The notes below the pieces were generated by a model, which did not search any database, was not told the DNA's origin, and was given only the letters and a program-made list of their open reading frames with translations. This document shows positions 1-10,085 of a stretch of 64,000 bases of DNA, piece by piece. Every line of letters starts with the position of its first letter. Position 1 is the first letter of the stretch. The DNA is from Candidatus Zixiibacteriota bacterium (GTDB taxonomy: Bacteria > Zixibacteria > MSB-5A5 > UBA10806): assembly GCA_020344055.1 (NCBI GenBank), contig CP070813.1:295551-359550 (forward strand), given 5' to 3'. A program made the position numbers and the translations under genes.

Positions 1-108
1 GAAAGCGGACGAGGCTTATCAGCCGGCATTTATTTTATAGGTGAAAGCCAAAACCGCAGTTTTAAGAAGGTCTTGTATTTGAAATAGCGAAGGCGCCTGG
101 AGAGTTGT

Positions 109-825
109 ATGAACAATAAAATTATCGGTATTGCCCTCGTTGGAATATTGCTTTCAGCCGTTCCCGTTTCCGCCCAGGGGCAGGGTGATCTCAATTGTAA
201 TGGTTTTATTGACGTGGCTGATTTAATTACTATCATAAATATTCTTGAATACCCGTGCGAAAGAAACCTCATTGAATGTTGGCGGCGAAGCGGCGATGTC
301 GATGGTGATGGATGGCCGCTGACGATTGGCGATATGTACATAATTCCTTATTTTTTGATCAATGGTTATGGAAACTATCCACCCAATTTTCCGAATCACC
401 CCGAATCCGATACGATTTTAATTGAATCGATCGTTACTGTTCCGGGAGACTCTATATCGTTACCCGTCTGGATAAATACCATTGATACGCTCGTCGCCTT
501 CCAGTTCTGGCTCGAAGTAGATACAGACTATGTAGAATTTGATACCATGATCGTTTATGATTATATACCTGTTAGGCAGTCCAACTGTGGGGGAAATATA
601 TACCTTTATACCCTGTTTGCCGGTTATGACGATCCTATCATTCTCCTGCCGGGGAATTACCATGTTGCGGATATTATAGTTAACATAAAGCTCGAAGATG
701 ACGCACGGGTGACCACATACCTTTCATTCTCCTCCGATCCGCCGCGGATATTGTATTCCGGGTTTGCCAGTTATTCCTTTTTCCGGCCGGTCATGATCGA
801 CGCCGAAATACAGATCGTGCCTTAA
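109..825 (+). CDS. Secreted protein with an N-terminal dockerin-like double repeat and a C-terminal cohesin-like beta-sandwich module
   Basis: Signal peptide MNNKIIGIALVGILLSAVPVSAQG. Two EF-hand-like repeats follow (DLNCNGFIDVADLITIINIL and GDVDGDGWPLTIGDMYIIPYF). The rest (VTVPGDSISLPVWINTIDTLVAFQFWLEVDTDYVEF...ADIIVNIKLEDD...YLSFSS) follows the cohesin pattern. RBS ggaga upstream; TAA stop. Confidence 0.6.
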   Translation: MNNKIIGIALVGILLSAVPVSAQGQGDLNCNGFIDVADLITIINILEYPCERNLIECWRRSGDVDGDGWPLTIGDMYIIPYFLINGYGNYPPNFPNHPESDTILIESIVTVPGDSISLPVWINTIDTLVAFQFWLEVDTDYVEFDTMIVYDYIPVRQSNCGGNIYLYTLFAGYDDPIILLPGNYHVADIIVNIKLEDDARVTTYLSFSSDPPRILYSGFASYSFFRPVMIDAEIQIVP

Positions 826-863
826 TTCCTATGGTATTACTTTCAAAAAGCCTATCGTCGTAT

Positions 864-1916
864 TTAGCTTACGAGAGTTCCGGTATTGTCGTATAAAAAT
901 ACCCTGTCTGCCGAAAAGCTGATAGAGATATTATCGCCGATGGAGTAGTTACCCTCGCCCTGAACCCTGATTTTCTCGCCCTTTTCGAGCTCCACAAAAA
1001 GAAGAACCGATCGCCCCAGGTTCTCAAGAGATACAATTTTCCCGCCTATATCGCCGCTATCGACGATCTCTACATCGTCCGGCCGGATGCCGAGGGTAAT
1101 ATTTTGCGGTTTGGCCGGTTGCGGAGATCTTTCAAGGCGGACACGAGTACCATGTTCGCTGATAAAATTATTGCCCGATAATTCCCCTTTTAGAAGGTTC
1201 ATGGCCGGGAAACCGAGAAATCCCGCCGTAAACAGGTCGGGCGGTCTTTCGAAAAGATCTCTGGGAGAGCCCGTTGAAATAATCCTGCCCTCCTTCATTA
1301 TATATATGATATCCGCCAGGCTCATGGCCTCCACCTGGTCGTGCGTGACGTAAATCGATGTCCCCTTTACTCTTCGGTGAAGCGTCAGGATCTCGCCCCG
1401 CATTTTCATGCGAAGCTCGGCGTCCAGGTTGGAAAGCGGCTCGTCGAAGAGATACAGCTTCGGTTTCCTGACGATGGCTCGCCCCAGTGCCACCCTCTGG
1501 CGCTGCCCGCCGGAGAGCTCCCTCGGTTTTCGGTCTAATAGCTCCTTCAGTTCCAGAAGATCCGCCGCCCATTTAATGAACTGCTTTCTTTCCGCTTTGG
1601 GAATTTTCCTCGATTTCAGCCCGAATTCGAGATTTTCGACTACAGTCATGTGCGGATAAAGGGCATAATTCTGAAAAACCATGGCCACATCCCGTTTTTT
1701 CGGCTCCCAGCCGGTAATATCGGCGCCATCGATAAAGATTTTCCCTTCGGTGGGCCTCTCCAATCCCGAAATCAGCCTCAAAAGTGTCGATTTTCCGCAT
1801 CCCGAGGGCCCCAGAAGAACGGCGAATCGCCCCTCCTCCACAAACATATTAAGATCGTCGACCCCGATAGCGCCGTTCGGGTATAATTTTTTCAGATTCT
1901 CGGTCGTCAGTTTCAT
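864..1916 (-). CDS. ABC transporter ATP-binding protein, MalK/UgpC family (sugar/glycerol-3-phosphate importer ATPase with C-terminal TOBE domain)
   Basis: Walker A GPSGCGKST, ABC signature LSGGQRQRVALGRA, Walker B LYLFDEPLSNLD, and a C-terminal transport-associated OB domain. Start placed at MKLTTENLKKLY; the ORF extends to 1952. Confidence 0.85.
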   Translation of the reverse strand: MKLTTENLKKLYPNGAIGVDDLNMFVEEGRFAVLLGPSGCGKSTLLRLISGLERPTEGKIFIDGADITGWEPKKRDVAMVFQNYALYPHMTVVENLEFGLKSRKIPKAERKQFIKWAADLLELKELLDRKPRELSGGQRQRVALGRAIVRKPKLYLFDEPLSNLDAELRMKMRGEILTLHRRVKGTSIYVTHDQVEAMSLADIIYIMKEGRIISTGSPRDLFERPPDLFTAGFLGFPAMNLLKGELSGNNFISEHGTRVRLERSPQPAKPQNITLGIRPDDVEIVDSGDIGGKIVSLENLGRSVLLFVELEKGEKIRVQGEGNYSIGDNISISFSADRVFLYDNTGTLVS

Positions 1917-2334
1917 CGGGTATATATACAATATGGGGGAACCCCTTTTCAAATATTTTAGAGACCGGGAACTTAGAATACCGGGTAATAGTTAAAGTGG
2001 CTGAGTTGGCTTTGCCGTGTAAGCAATACAACTCATCTTTCTTCTCTCTCTCTCCTGAGGAATATCAGGAATAAACCCTGCCGGACCCGTAAAAGGGTTC
2101 GGCTTCGTTTATTTTTGGCCCCACGTCTTCTAACCTAACATATTACAATTAAACAAATTATAAAATTTATCCCCTTTTTGGGGAATGAAATTAGAGTTAA
2201 CTTGTAATCTTTATAGGGGAGAGGAAGCTCGTAGGCAAGGGAAGGAATTGACATCCGGCGCAAGCCTGATGAGGAGTAGTTTACCCCCGAATTCGTTCCC
2301 GGTCGCTATCCGGGATTCGGAAAGGGATTATGCC

Positions 2335-2910
2335 ATGCAAGTTTCTTCGCAAATATCGGGCCGCAACATCGCCAGATTCGAGAGAGTCGCTCTCGCCCAT
2401 TCCGGTTTTATGCTGAATCTGGCCCGGAAATTGACCGGGGATAGATCTCACGCCGACGATCTTTATCAGGATACCTATTTCAAGGCCTTCAGGTCTTTTG
2501 ACAGCTTTAACGGTGAGTCAAAATGCCGGGCCTGGTTAAAAAAGATCATGATCAACACCTTTATCAATATGTATAACAGAAAGCAAAAGGTGATATTCTG
2601 CTATCAGGACGATGACTCTTTCAATCAGTTTCAGGCGGCGCCCTCCGGACGGCAACCGGATTGCGAAAAAGTCGATCACGATTCGCTTCTGAGAGAATTC
2701 GTTTCCGATGAGGTCAAAAGATCATTGATGCTTCTGCCGGAATCCTACAGAACGGTCGTTATTATGTACGATATGCTGGGATTGACATATAAAGAGGTGG
2801 CGCGGAAGGTGCAGGCACCCATCGGCACAGTCAAATCAAGGCTTTTCCGGGGAAGGACCGCCCTCAAGGAAAACCTGCAGCATTACTACCTCAAAACCAA
2901 CGGGAAATAG
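2335..2910 (+). CDS. RNA polymerase sigma-70 factor, ECF subfamily
   Basis: Region 2 (DLYQDTYFKAFRSFDSF) and region 4 (LPESYRTVVIMYDMLGLTYKEVARKVQAPIGTVKSRLFRGR) motifs. The ORF is open from 2185; the ATG at 2335 gives a typical ~190 aa ECF sigma. Confidence 0.8.
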   Translation: MQVSSQISGRNIARFERVALAHSGFMLNLARKLTGDRSHADDLYQDTYFKAFRSFDSFNGESKCRAWLKKIMINTFINMYNRKQKVIFCYQDDDSFNQFQAAPSGRQPDCEKVDHDSLLREFVSDEVKRSLMLLPESYRTVVIMYDMLGLTYKEVARKVQAPIGTVKSRLFRGRTALKENLQHYYLKTNGK

Positions 2911-3060
2911 GTCTGATTCCATCCTTAATTATAAATTTTCATTTAAACTCGATCTAACGCCGTAAACGGTTAGCTTAATGTTTTTTTGCGAAAATTTATA
3001 TTGACATATCTCCGGCCGGTCTTTAAAAAATATATGTTCACGATTAAATAAGGAGGGAAT

Positions 3061-3480
3061 ATGAACTGGAAAAGGCTTTTGTTGGCGGCTCTAGTAGCTT
3101 TTATCTTCTTACAACTATCGGATTTTCTCGTCCACTGGGTCATCCTTAAATGCGTATACGAAGACTTAATGGCCCGGGGGATTTTCAGGAGCGCCGGCGT
3201 AATATGCGGGTATATATGGGTGATGATAATTATGACCGCGCTTTTCTCGTTTTTCTTCACCTATATTTTCGCAAAAGGCTATGAGGGTAAAGGGATTCTC
3301 GAAGGCGTTCGTTACGGAATCGTCATTGGATTCTTCTGGATATTCGTAAATGCCTACAACGTTTTCGCGGTCATAGATATCCCCTATGGTCTGGTATGGT
3401 CCTGGATACTCGCCGGTTTTATTCAGACAATAATTGCGGGAATTCTGCTGGCCCTTATCTATAAACCGAAGAAGCCGTAG
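3061..3480 (+). CDS. Small polytopic membrane protein (4 predicted TM helices); possible anti-sigma partner of the upstream ECF sigma
   Basis: RBS aaggaggg 6 nt before the ATG; four long hydrophobic segments; sits immediately downstream of the ECF sigma gene. Confidence 0.45.
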   Translation: MNWKRLLLAALVAFIFLQLSDFLVHWVILKCVYEDLMARGIFRSAGVICGYIWVMIIMTALFSFFFTYIFAKGYEGKGILEGVRYGIVIGFFWIFVNAYNVFAVIDIPYGLVWSWILAGFIQTIIAGILLALIYKPKKP

Positions 3481-3485
3481 AAAGC

Positions 3486-5309
3486 CTATTTCATAAAGAT
3501 CATGCTTCTGGTTTTTCCGGACCGGGTGTCGGATCTCAGACGGTAGTAATAGACGCCCGACGATACATATTTGGCGTAGTCGCTTCTCCCGTTCCAGACT
3601 ATTTCGCGCCGGTTCTCGTCGCTTATCACAAACGTTTTTACGATTTTTCCCTTTATGTCGAAGATTTCGAGGTAAAGCGGAAAAGTCATGTTTGTGACCG
3701 CAATCGGAATGCTGGTCGAGGCGTTGAAGGGATTGGGATAATTCCGTCCTACCATAAGGCCTTTCGGGGCCCCGGCTATCTCCCTGATTCCTCTCATGGT
3801 CGATTGATACAGAGCCGGCGCCGACTCCTGCCCCGCGAGGTCCACGGCCTTAACGCCGATTATGAAATCATCGAAAAGGAAATTTCCGATTTCAAAACGG
3901 TTATCATACAGAATCGAATCCCTTCCGTTAAAGTCGACTACGTAATGGCTGATATCGGGTTCGCGATTATCCATCCAGGTTATGATGTTATCTTCCCGGT
4001 GGTACCGGAAACCGCGAGGGATCAGGGGAGGAGAATCGTATATCGAATAGTAAACCTCCTCGTCTCCGAAAAGATGGGGATTTTCCCTGTTTGTTATATA
4101 GACCAGATGGAGATTTCCATATGAATCGGATGCGATAACCGGTCTCATATTGAAATAATCGCCCGAATTTGTGATCCGAAACGCCCCGGATAAAACGCCC
4201 GTGTTCAGATTGAACCTCTGGTGATAAAGTTGCGTAGTGGGGGAGTTATTTGGCGATTCATACACAAATTCGACGAAATCTCCGTTAATCGTGACGCAGG
4301 GATGACCGCTGGTGTTATCCCTGTTGGATAAAATCATCGGTTCGCTCCAGGATCCGGACCTGTTGGACAAAAATGCGGCCTTGGAATCCGTATCTCTAAT
4401 CTCGAAAGCGACGAAGATTAAATCGGTGCCTCCCTCCAGGGTCGAAACCCCGATATAAGGGAAAAGACAGCTTCTGGTCTCGTTGGGAGTGAGATCTTCA
4501 ATATCCAGAATCTGCGCGGTTCTTATATTCAATGTTAACAGGAAAATATGTCCCACCGGAAATTCGTCGGTTATCACGCGACAGGCCAGATAAACCTTAT
4601 TGTCGCTTCCCGCGCTTGCCGAAAGATGAACGCCCTTGTATGCCAGACCGGTTTCCGGCAAAGTAATCGGCAGCTCCTCCGTGGCAGGTACGCCGCTGTC
4701 ATATATCCTGAAATATACCGGCAGGCTTGCGGGCAGCTCGGTGTTGACATAGGGCCAGAACGTTATCGCCCTGTTTTCGTATACCGCTATGGTCGTCTGC
4801 CAGCCGGTGGATGAAAAGGTCAGGTAATTGCCGCCGGCGGTGGAGACCAGGTCCGATTCAATCCGTCTTGAGGGATGATCGTCAATCCAGGAACCGTATA
4901 ATTCCCCCCCGAACGATTTTTCCTCGACATAAACCGAGAAAAGTTTCCCGTTTGATTGCGGGTATATTGAAGGATGCCCGAACTTTACTACCGAATCTAT
5001 GGTTGAAAGTTCATAATCGGAGGCGTCCCATTTCATCCATGTGGGATCGGGATCCTTTCCTCTGTAATAAATCCTCAATGGATATCCATGCCGCCTGTCC
5101 TCCCAGACGACGTGCACGCGGTTATTTTTATCAACCGAGATAGACCAGGGACAGTCGGCTCCCCGGCTGGCCTGTTTCCCCGATGTCTCCACATTTACAC
5201 GAACATCGCCTTTCCATTCCGAACGGGCGGATTTCGACGCAAGCAATATCAGGCAAAACACCAGCAATGAGAGTAACAGCACGAATTTCCTGAAATTCAG
5301 ATTTTTCAT
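3486..5309 (-). CDS. Secreted protein with a T9SS C-terminal sorting domain; sialidase/BNR-like beta-propeller of unknown function
   Basis: Signal peptide MKNLNFRKFVLLLSLLVFCLILLASKSA. C-terminus GRNYPNPFNASTSIPIAV...GVYYYRLRSDTRSGKTRSMIFMK matches the Por_Secre_tail pattern. The ORF is open to 5369. Confidence 0.6.
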   Translation of the reverse strand: MKNLNFRKFVLLLSLLVFCLILLASKSARSEWKGDVRVNVETSGKQASRGADCPWSISVDKNNRVHVVWEDRRHGYPLRIYYRGKDPDPTWMKWDASDYELSTIDSVVKFGHPSIYPQSNGKLFSVYVEEKSFGGELYGSWIDDHPSRRIESDLVSTAGGNYLTFSSTGWQTTIAVYENRAITFWPYVNTELPASLPVYFRIYDSGVPATEELPITLPETGLAYKGVHLSASAGSDNKVYLACRVITDEFPVGHIFLLTLNIRTAQILDIEDLTPNETRSCLFPYIGVSTLEGGTDLIFVAFEIRDTDSKAAFLSNRSGSWSEPMILSNRDNTSGHPCVTINGDFVEFVYESPNNSPTTQLYHQRFNLNTGVLSGAFRITNSGDYFNMRPVIASDSYGNLHLVYITNRENPHLFGDEEVYYSIYDSPPLIPRGFRYHREDNIITWMDNREPDISHYVVDFNGRDSILYDNRFEIGNFLFDDFIIGVKAVDLAGQESAPALYQSTMRGIREIAGAPKGLMVGRNYPNPFNASTSIPIAVTNMTFPLYLEIFDIKGKIVKTFVISDENRREIVWNGRSDYAKYVSSGVYYYRLRSDTRSGKTRSMIFMK

Positions 5310-5597
5310 CCTCGGCCTCCGCATGCAAATCGGCGATAGTGATTTTTCTTTGACGCCGGGGTATTTCAAAAGGAATCCTGTTCATTTCTTGCGTTACAGC
5401 GTGTAACCGAGTCCTGAATTCGGCCTTGAACCGGGTTGAAAAGAGAAACAACTATTTATTTTTGAAACATCAGGCCCCGGGTCGGTAGAGAAAGAATGGT
5501 ATATCGGCAGCGGGTCTTAAAAATAAGGATTGTGAATTGATAATTATGTTGTATATTGCCGTTGAAGGGATAGAACAAAATTAAAGCGGAGGAGAGC

Positions 5598-8489
5598 ATG
5601 AGGATTCTCACAATCGTTGCGCTGGCATTTTTTCTCGCGGGTACGGCCGTTTCGGGAATGGTAGACCCGGAACTTGAAGCGAGGCTGGAAAATGCCGCCC
5701 CCGATCAGATGTTTGAGACTCTGATCTTTATGAAGGACCAGATCGATCTCGGGGAATTGAAACGGGATCTCCATTTCATAAATGCGACCCGGGCGGAACG
5801 CCACAGACGGGTAATAACGGAGCTGCAGCGTATAGCCACCGAATCCCAGCCCGATATCCTGGCATACTTAACCGATCGAAAGTACACAAGTGCGGTCGGA
5901 GAATTCAGAGGGTTCTGGATATGCAATATGATAGTCGCGGAATTGACGGCCTCCGAGATCTATGCCGTCGCCGCCCGCGATGACGTTGACAAAGTCCACA
6001 GCGATTTCAAGGGAGAATTGATCGAGCCTGTGAAGGTCGGAGGGGCCGATCCTCCGGTCATAAACAGTGTGGAGATCGGCGTCAGGGCCATCAAGGCCGA
6101 CAGTATGTGGGCGCTGGGGTACACCGGCCAGGGGCGGCTGGTCTGCAATATCGATACCGGCGTTGACGGCAACCATATCGCCTTGAGTCAGAGCTGGAGG
6201 GGCGCCAACGGTTATCCCCCGGCGGAGAGCTGGTATGATTCCGCCAATCCCAGCAATACTTTTCCGCATGACGAATACGGTCACGGTACGCATACCATGG
6301 GGACCATATGCGGCAGAAGCGCCAGCGGAACCGATACGGTGGGAGTGGCCATTGACGCCCAGTGGATCGCCTCTCGCGCCGTCGATGTTTCCGGCGGGAA
6401 TATTGCGGCCGCGTTTCAATGGGCCGCCGACCCGGACGGTAATCCCAACACCGTTCATGACGTCCCGGACGCTATCTCGAACTCCTGGGGCTCCATAGGA
6501 AGCTGTCCTCCCAGCTATTACTCGTTGATCGATAACTGCGAGGCCGCGGGGGCGGCGGTGGTGTTCGCCGCCGGGAACGAAGGACCGGGGGCGCAGACGT
6601 TAAGAATCCCCGCCAACAGAATAACCACGCCGTACAACTGCTTCTCGGTGGGGGCGGTAAACGGCGCCAACAGCAGTTACCCCATTGCGTATTTCTCATC
6701 CCGCGGGCCCTCCCAGTGCGACGGCCAAACCATTAAACCGGAAATCGTGGCGCCGGGACTCAACGTGAGATCCTCCACTCCCGGCAACGCCTACTCTTAT
6801 ATGAGCGGAACCTCCATGGCCTGCCCGCACGTGGCCGGCGCCATCGCCCTGTTGCGCCAGGTAAATCCCAACGCCACCGTCGATACCATAAAATGGGCGC
6901 TCATGCAGTCCGCCGCCGACCTCGGAAATCCCGGCGAAGACAATACCTATGGATGGGGAATCATAAACGTCCGCGCCGCCATGGATCTATTGCCCCCCGC
7001 GAACGAACCCTATCTCTTTGTCAGCGCAGCCTACGTGGTCGAACCCAACAACAATTATCCCGATCCGGGCGAAACTATCGACCTTTATATAAGACTCCAG
7101 AATACGGGGATCAGCGTCGATGACGTCGCCGCAGTGATTAGCACCAATGATGCCTATACCACCATAACGTCCGATTCGGTCTTCTACGGCACCGTGGCCG
7201 GAAATGATACATCCGCTACATCCGATCCCTACGTAATGTCTTTTTCAGAGGACACGCCCGTGGGTCATAATGTCGTCTTTGATTTACACATCACCGGGGA
7301 CGGCGGCTATAGCGTTACCAGGAATGTAACGCTTACAATCGGCATGCTGGCCGATCCCGATATAGCCGACCACGATATAGGCAGCGCCCGTTTCACCATC
7401 TCGAATTTCGGCCAGTACGGTCTGGCACCGACCAGCATAAATACTATCTGGAACGGTGTGGGATACAAGATGTCGCCTTACGGTCCCAACTATCTATTCG
7501 AGGGCGCGCTGTTTATCGGCGATGGCCCCACCCGCGTTTCCAACGGCGCCCGCGATGAAAATCAGAATATGGGCGATGATTTTAACGCCGTGACGGATAT
7601 CGTACTCCATGAACCCGGACCTCTCGCCGACCAGGAATATCATACCTCTTTCAACGATCAGAACGCCGCCGAGCCTCTCGGCGTGCTCGTCTCCCAGAAG
7701 TCCTTCGCCTTTTCAACCGCGCCCGATGACGAGTATATCATTACCGAATATACCATCACGAACGCCGGCTTCGACCCGCTGACCGGGGTGCTGGTAGCCC
7801 ACTTTGAAGATTGGGATATTCCGTGGAACACAGCCGACGATATGGTTAATTTCGATAGAAGCAGAAACCTCGGATACCTGTATAACGGCAGCAACTACCG
7901 GGGGCAACAGGTGCTCTCCGATTCGGGGATCTTTTCCTTCATGGCCCTGGATAATGCCGTTCATGTCTATCCGCCCGCTTTTACGCTGTCCGATAAATGG
8001 AGCTATATGAACGCCGGGATAATCGATACCGCCATCACCTCCATAAGGGATTGCTCCATAATAATAACCACCGGCCCATATGATCTCGCGCCGGGCCAGC
8101 AAGCGGTCGCCGCCTTTTCGATTCTCGGCGGAAACTCTCTCGCGGATCTGCAGGCCAACGCCGATGCCGCTATCGCCCGTTACGGCCTCATGACGTCGAT
8201 TGATGATGATTTCGCCGAACTGCCCGAACAGTTTTCTCTCTCTCAGAACTATCCCAACCCGTTTAACGCCAGAACGACCATAAGCTTCTCCGTACCGGTA
8301 TCGGGGCAGGTTCTAATCGAGGCTTTCGACCTGCTTGGCAGAAAAGTCGAGACAATTCTCGATGCCCATCTTGAAGCCGGGAACCATACCGCTCTATGGG
8401 ACTGTTCGAATCTGTCCTCCGGGATATATTTCTACAGACTTACCGCGGGAGATGAATCCGCGGTCAGGAAAATGACTTTAATAAAATAG
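5598..8489 (+). CDS. Subtilisin-like serine protease (peptidase S8) with an N-terminal propeptide and a T9SS C-terminal sorting domain
   Basis: Catalytic triad motifs NIDTGVDGNH, HGTHTMGTICG, GTSMACPHVAGAIALL. Signal peptide MRILTIVALAFFLAGTAVSG. C-terminal LSQNYPNPFNARTTISFSV...GIYFYRLTAG...KMTLIK. RBS gcggaggag upstream. Confidence 0.92.
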   Translation: MRILTIVALAFFLAGTAVSGMVDPELEARLENAAPDQMFETLIFMKDQIDLGELKRDLHFINATRAERHRRVITELQRIATESQPDILAYLTDRKYTSAVGEFRGFWICNMIVAELTASEIYAVAARDDVDKVHSDFKGELIEPVKVGGADPPVINSVEIGVRAIKADSMWALGYTGQGRLVCNIDTGVDGNHIALSQSWRGANGYPPAESWYDSANPSNTFPHDEYGHGTHTMGTICGRSASGTDTVGVAIDAQWIASRAVDVSGGNIAAAFQWAADPDGNPNTVHDVPDAISNSWGSIGSCPPSYYSLIDNCEAAGAAVVFAAGNEGPGAQTLRIPANRITTPYNCFSVGAVNGANSSYPIAYFSSRGPSQCDGQTIKPEIVAPGLNVRSSTPGNAYSYMSGTSMACPHVAGAIALLRQVNPNATVDTIKWALMQSAADLGNPGEDNTYGWGIINVRAAMDLLPPANEPYLFVSAAYVVEPNNNYPDPGETIDLYIRLQNTGISVDDVAAVISTNDAYTTITSDSVFYGTVAGNDTSATSDPYVMSFSEDTPVGHNVVFDLHITGDGGYSVTRNVTLTIGMLADPDIADHDIGSARFTISNFGQYGLAPTSINTIWNGVGYKMSPYGPNYLFEGALFIGDGPTRVSNGARDENQNMGDDFNAVTDIVLHEPGPLADQEYHTSFNDQNAAEPLGVLVSQKSFAFSTAPDDEYIITEYTITNAGFDPLTGVLVAHFEDWDIPWNTADDMVNFDRSRNLGYLYNGSNYRGQQVLSDSGIFSFMALDNAVHVYPPAFTLSDKWSYMNAGIIDTAITSIRDCSIIITTGPYDLAPGQQAVAAFSILGGNSLADLQANADAAIARYGLMTSIDDDFAELPEQFSLSQNYPNPFNARTTISFSVPVSGQVLIEAFDLLGRKVETILDAHLEAGNHTALWDCSNLSSGIYFYRLTAGDESAVRKMTLIK

Positions 8490-8517
8490 ATAAAATCAAA
8501 AACGTATAAATAAATAT

Positions 8518-8543
8518 GGGCCGGAAAACCGGCCCATTTTTAT
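8518..8543 (+). terminator. Rho-independent terminator downstream of the S8 protease gene, possibly bidirectional with the minus-strand NYN gene
   Basis: Perfect hairpin GGGCCGG-aaaa-CCGGCCC (8518-8535) followed by TTTTT. Confidence 0.7.
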
Positions 8544-8558
8544 GCCGGAGAATTTATG

Positions 8559-9191
8559 TCAACCAAAAAGGCTTTGATCAGGCTTTTCGTTCCTTTCCGG
8601 CTGCTGGATACCTTCGAGAAAGTCCTTGTCGATCAGGACATATTTGTCGGCGGTCTGACGGAGCAGATAGGAGCCCCCCAGGTTGGCCACCTCGACATGC
8701 TTGCCCAGGTCTTTTATGGTCTCCACCAGTATGGCGAAATCCTCGTCGCCGGATACGAGGATGGCGGTATCATAGTTGTCTTTGTAAGCGTGCGACAGCA
8801 TATCGATAACTATAAATGTATCGACTCCCTTCTCGACATATGTCGGCGCGGAGAAAAATGTACCGTCCGGAAGGGTCTGTTTTACCAGCCGTTTTTCAAG
8901 CCTTCCGAATTTTTTCGTCAGATAAGGAACGGAATCCAGCGAATCGAAAAACGATTGCTGCATGCGGTATTTCTCATCGTCATCCTCCCGGTTGAGAGGC
9001 GCGTTGTAATAATATACGCGAATAAGATGCCTTTCTTTGACGAGACGTTTGGAAAACTCCTGGAAATCTAAGTTGGTTCTGCCGGCAACATGCTTCAGAC
9101 TGTGATACAGGTTGTTGCCGTCTATGAAAATCATTACCCTCTCGTCGCCTTCGTTCCTTGAAAATAGTCTCATATCATTTCCCTCTTCCAA
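8559..9191 (-). CDS. NYN domain (LabA-like / PIN-like) protein
   Basis: MIFIDGNNLYHSLKH...LVSGDEDFAILVETIKDLGKHVEVANLG is typical of the NYN/DUF88 fold. Confidence 0.65.
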   Translation of the reverse strand: MEEGNDMRLFSRNEGDERVMIFIDGNNLYHSLKHVAGRTNLDFQEFSKRLVKERHLIRVYYYNAPLNREDDDEKYRMQQSFFDSLDSVPYLTKKFGRLEKRLVKQTLPDGTFFSAPTYVEKGVDTFIVIDMLSHAYKDNYDTAILVSGDEDFAILVETIKDLGKHVEVANLGGSYLLRQTADKYVLIDKDFLEGIQQPERNEKPDQSLFG

Positions 9192-9392
9192 TAAAGACTT
9201 TTCATTTTAAATAAAAGTCCAGATAAAGATCGAATATCCCGGATCAAAGTTGCCAATCGAAGTCTTTCGTATTTTAATAAATAAACATTCAGTAATTGTC
9301 CCAGAACTCCTTTACCGTTTGTTTCGGTCTATTGCCTCCTTTCTCTTCTAAAGCGGCGGCTGTCCGGCCGCCGCCTTGAATTTTGAATTTGC

Positions 9393-9890
9393 TTATGACG
9401 ATTCCCGCTGGCTGACAATATGTCTGTCGATATAAAACAGATTGCCCGGTTTCCCTTCCACCATCTTGATCTGGTTCAAGATATCCTCCGCCGTGGCCTC
9501 CTCCTCGACCTGCTCCGAGATAAACCACTGCAGATGAGCCTGGGTGGCGTAATCGTCTTCTTCAATGGCCAGTTTATTGAGATTATTGATTAAGCCCGTT
9601 ACTTTTCTTTCGTGCTCAAGGGTCTTTTCAAACGTGTCCTGTACGGATTTGAAATCCGAGGGCGGTTCATCGATACCCTTTAATATGACCCTTCCGCCTC
9701 TTTCCTGAAGATAATCGTACAGCTTGAAGCCGTGCATTTTCTCCTCCTCGGCCTGCAAACGAAACCATTCCGCAAATCCTTTGTAGTTTTCCGATTCGCA
9801 ATAGGCGGACATGGCCAGGTAAAAATAGGAGGAATAAAACTCGGCGTTTATCTGGGCGTTGATAGCATCCTGCATTTTCTTACTGATCAT
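9393..9890 (-). CDS. ftn: Non-heme ferritin
   Basis: MISKKMQDAINAQINAEFYSSYFYLAMSAY...EEEKMHGFKLYDYLQERGG...EHERKVTGLI matches the ferritin diiron-site pattern. The ORF is open to 9914. Confidence 0.85.
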   Translation of the reverse strand: MISKKMQDAINAQINAEFYSSYFYLAMSAYCESENYKGFAEWFRLQAEEEKMHGFKLYDYLQERGGRVILKGIDEPPSDFKSVQDTFEKTLEHERKVTGLINNLNKLAIEEDDYATQAHLQWFISEQVEEEATAEDILNQIKMVEGKPGNLFYIDRHIVSQRESS

Positions 9891-10085
9891 CTCGATCTCC
9901 TTACAAACTGTCAAATATTTAAAACAGATCCATCTTTAACTGATTATTTAACTTAGGCTTTGCGTTGAAGTCCCGCGCAGCCCCGACTGATTTAATCCCC
10001 TTCCCATTCCGTCTCAAATTTACATTAATTCGATAACTTTGGATCTGTTTTCCCGGTTCCCGATCCTTTTTGAAGATAAAATCGG

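Noticed and set aside
30-341. 103-aa minus-strand ORF at the window start
   Set aside because: It overlaps the better-supported plus-strand dockerin-cohesin gene, which has a signal peptide, RBS and recognisable modules.
2104-2140. Hairpin CCGGACCC-gtaaaa-GGGTTCGG followed by a T-rich run upstream of the ECF sigma gene
   Set aside because: It has terminator-like form on the plus strand, but no plus-strand gene ends immediately upstream (the ABC gene is on the minus strand). It could be an attenuator or sRNA terminator, but the support is insufficient.
5868-6458. Long antisense and alternative-frame ORFs inside the S8 protease, pdxS, lpdA, E2 and tldD genes (for example 5868..6458, 13163..13663, 33179..34108, 34785..35267, 38714..39310)
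   Set aside because: They lie wholly within strongly supported genes on the opposite strand or in another frame and have low-complexity, Arg/Pro-rich translations typical of GC-rich antisense frames.
9353-9374. GCGGCGGC-tgtccg-GCCGCCGC hairpin downstream of the ferritin gene as an intrinsic terminator
   Set aside because: The hairpin is strong but the U-run on the minus (ferritin) strand is only 3 nt. The T-rich stretch is on the plus strand, where no gene ends. It stays ambiguous and is not called.
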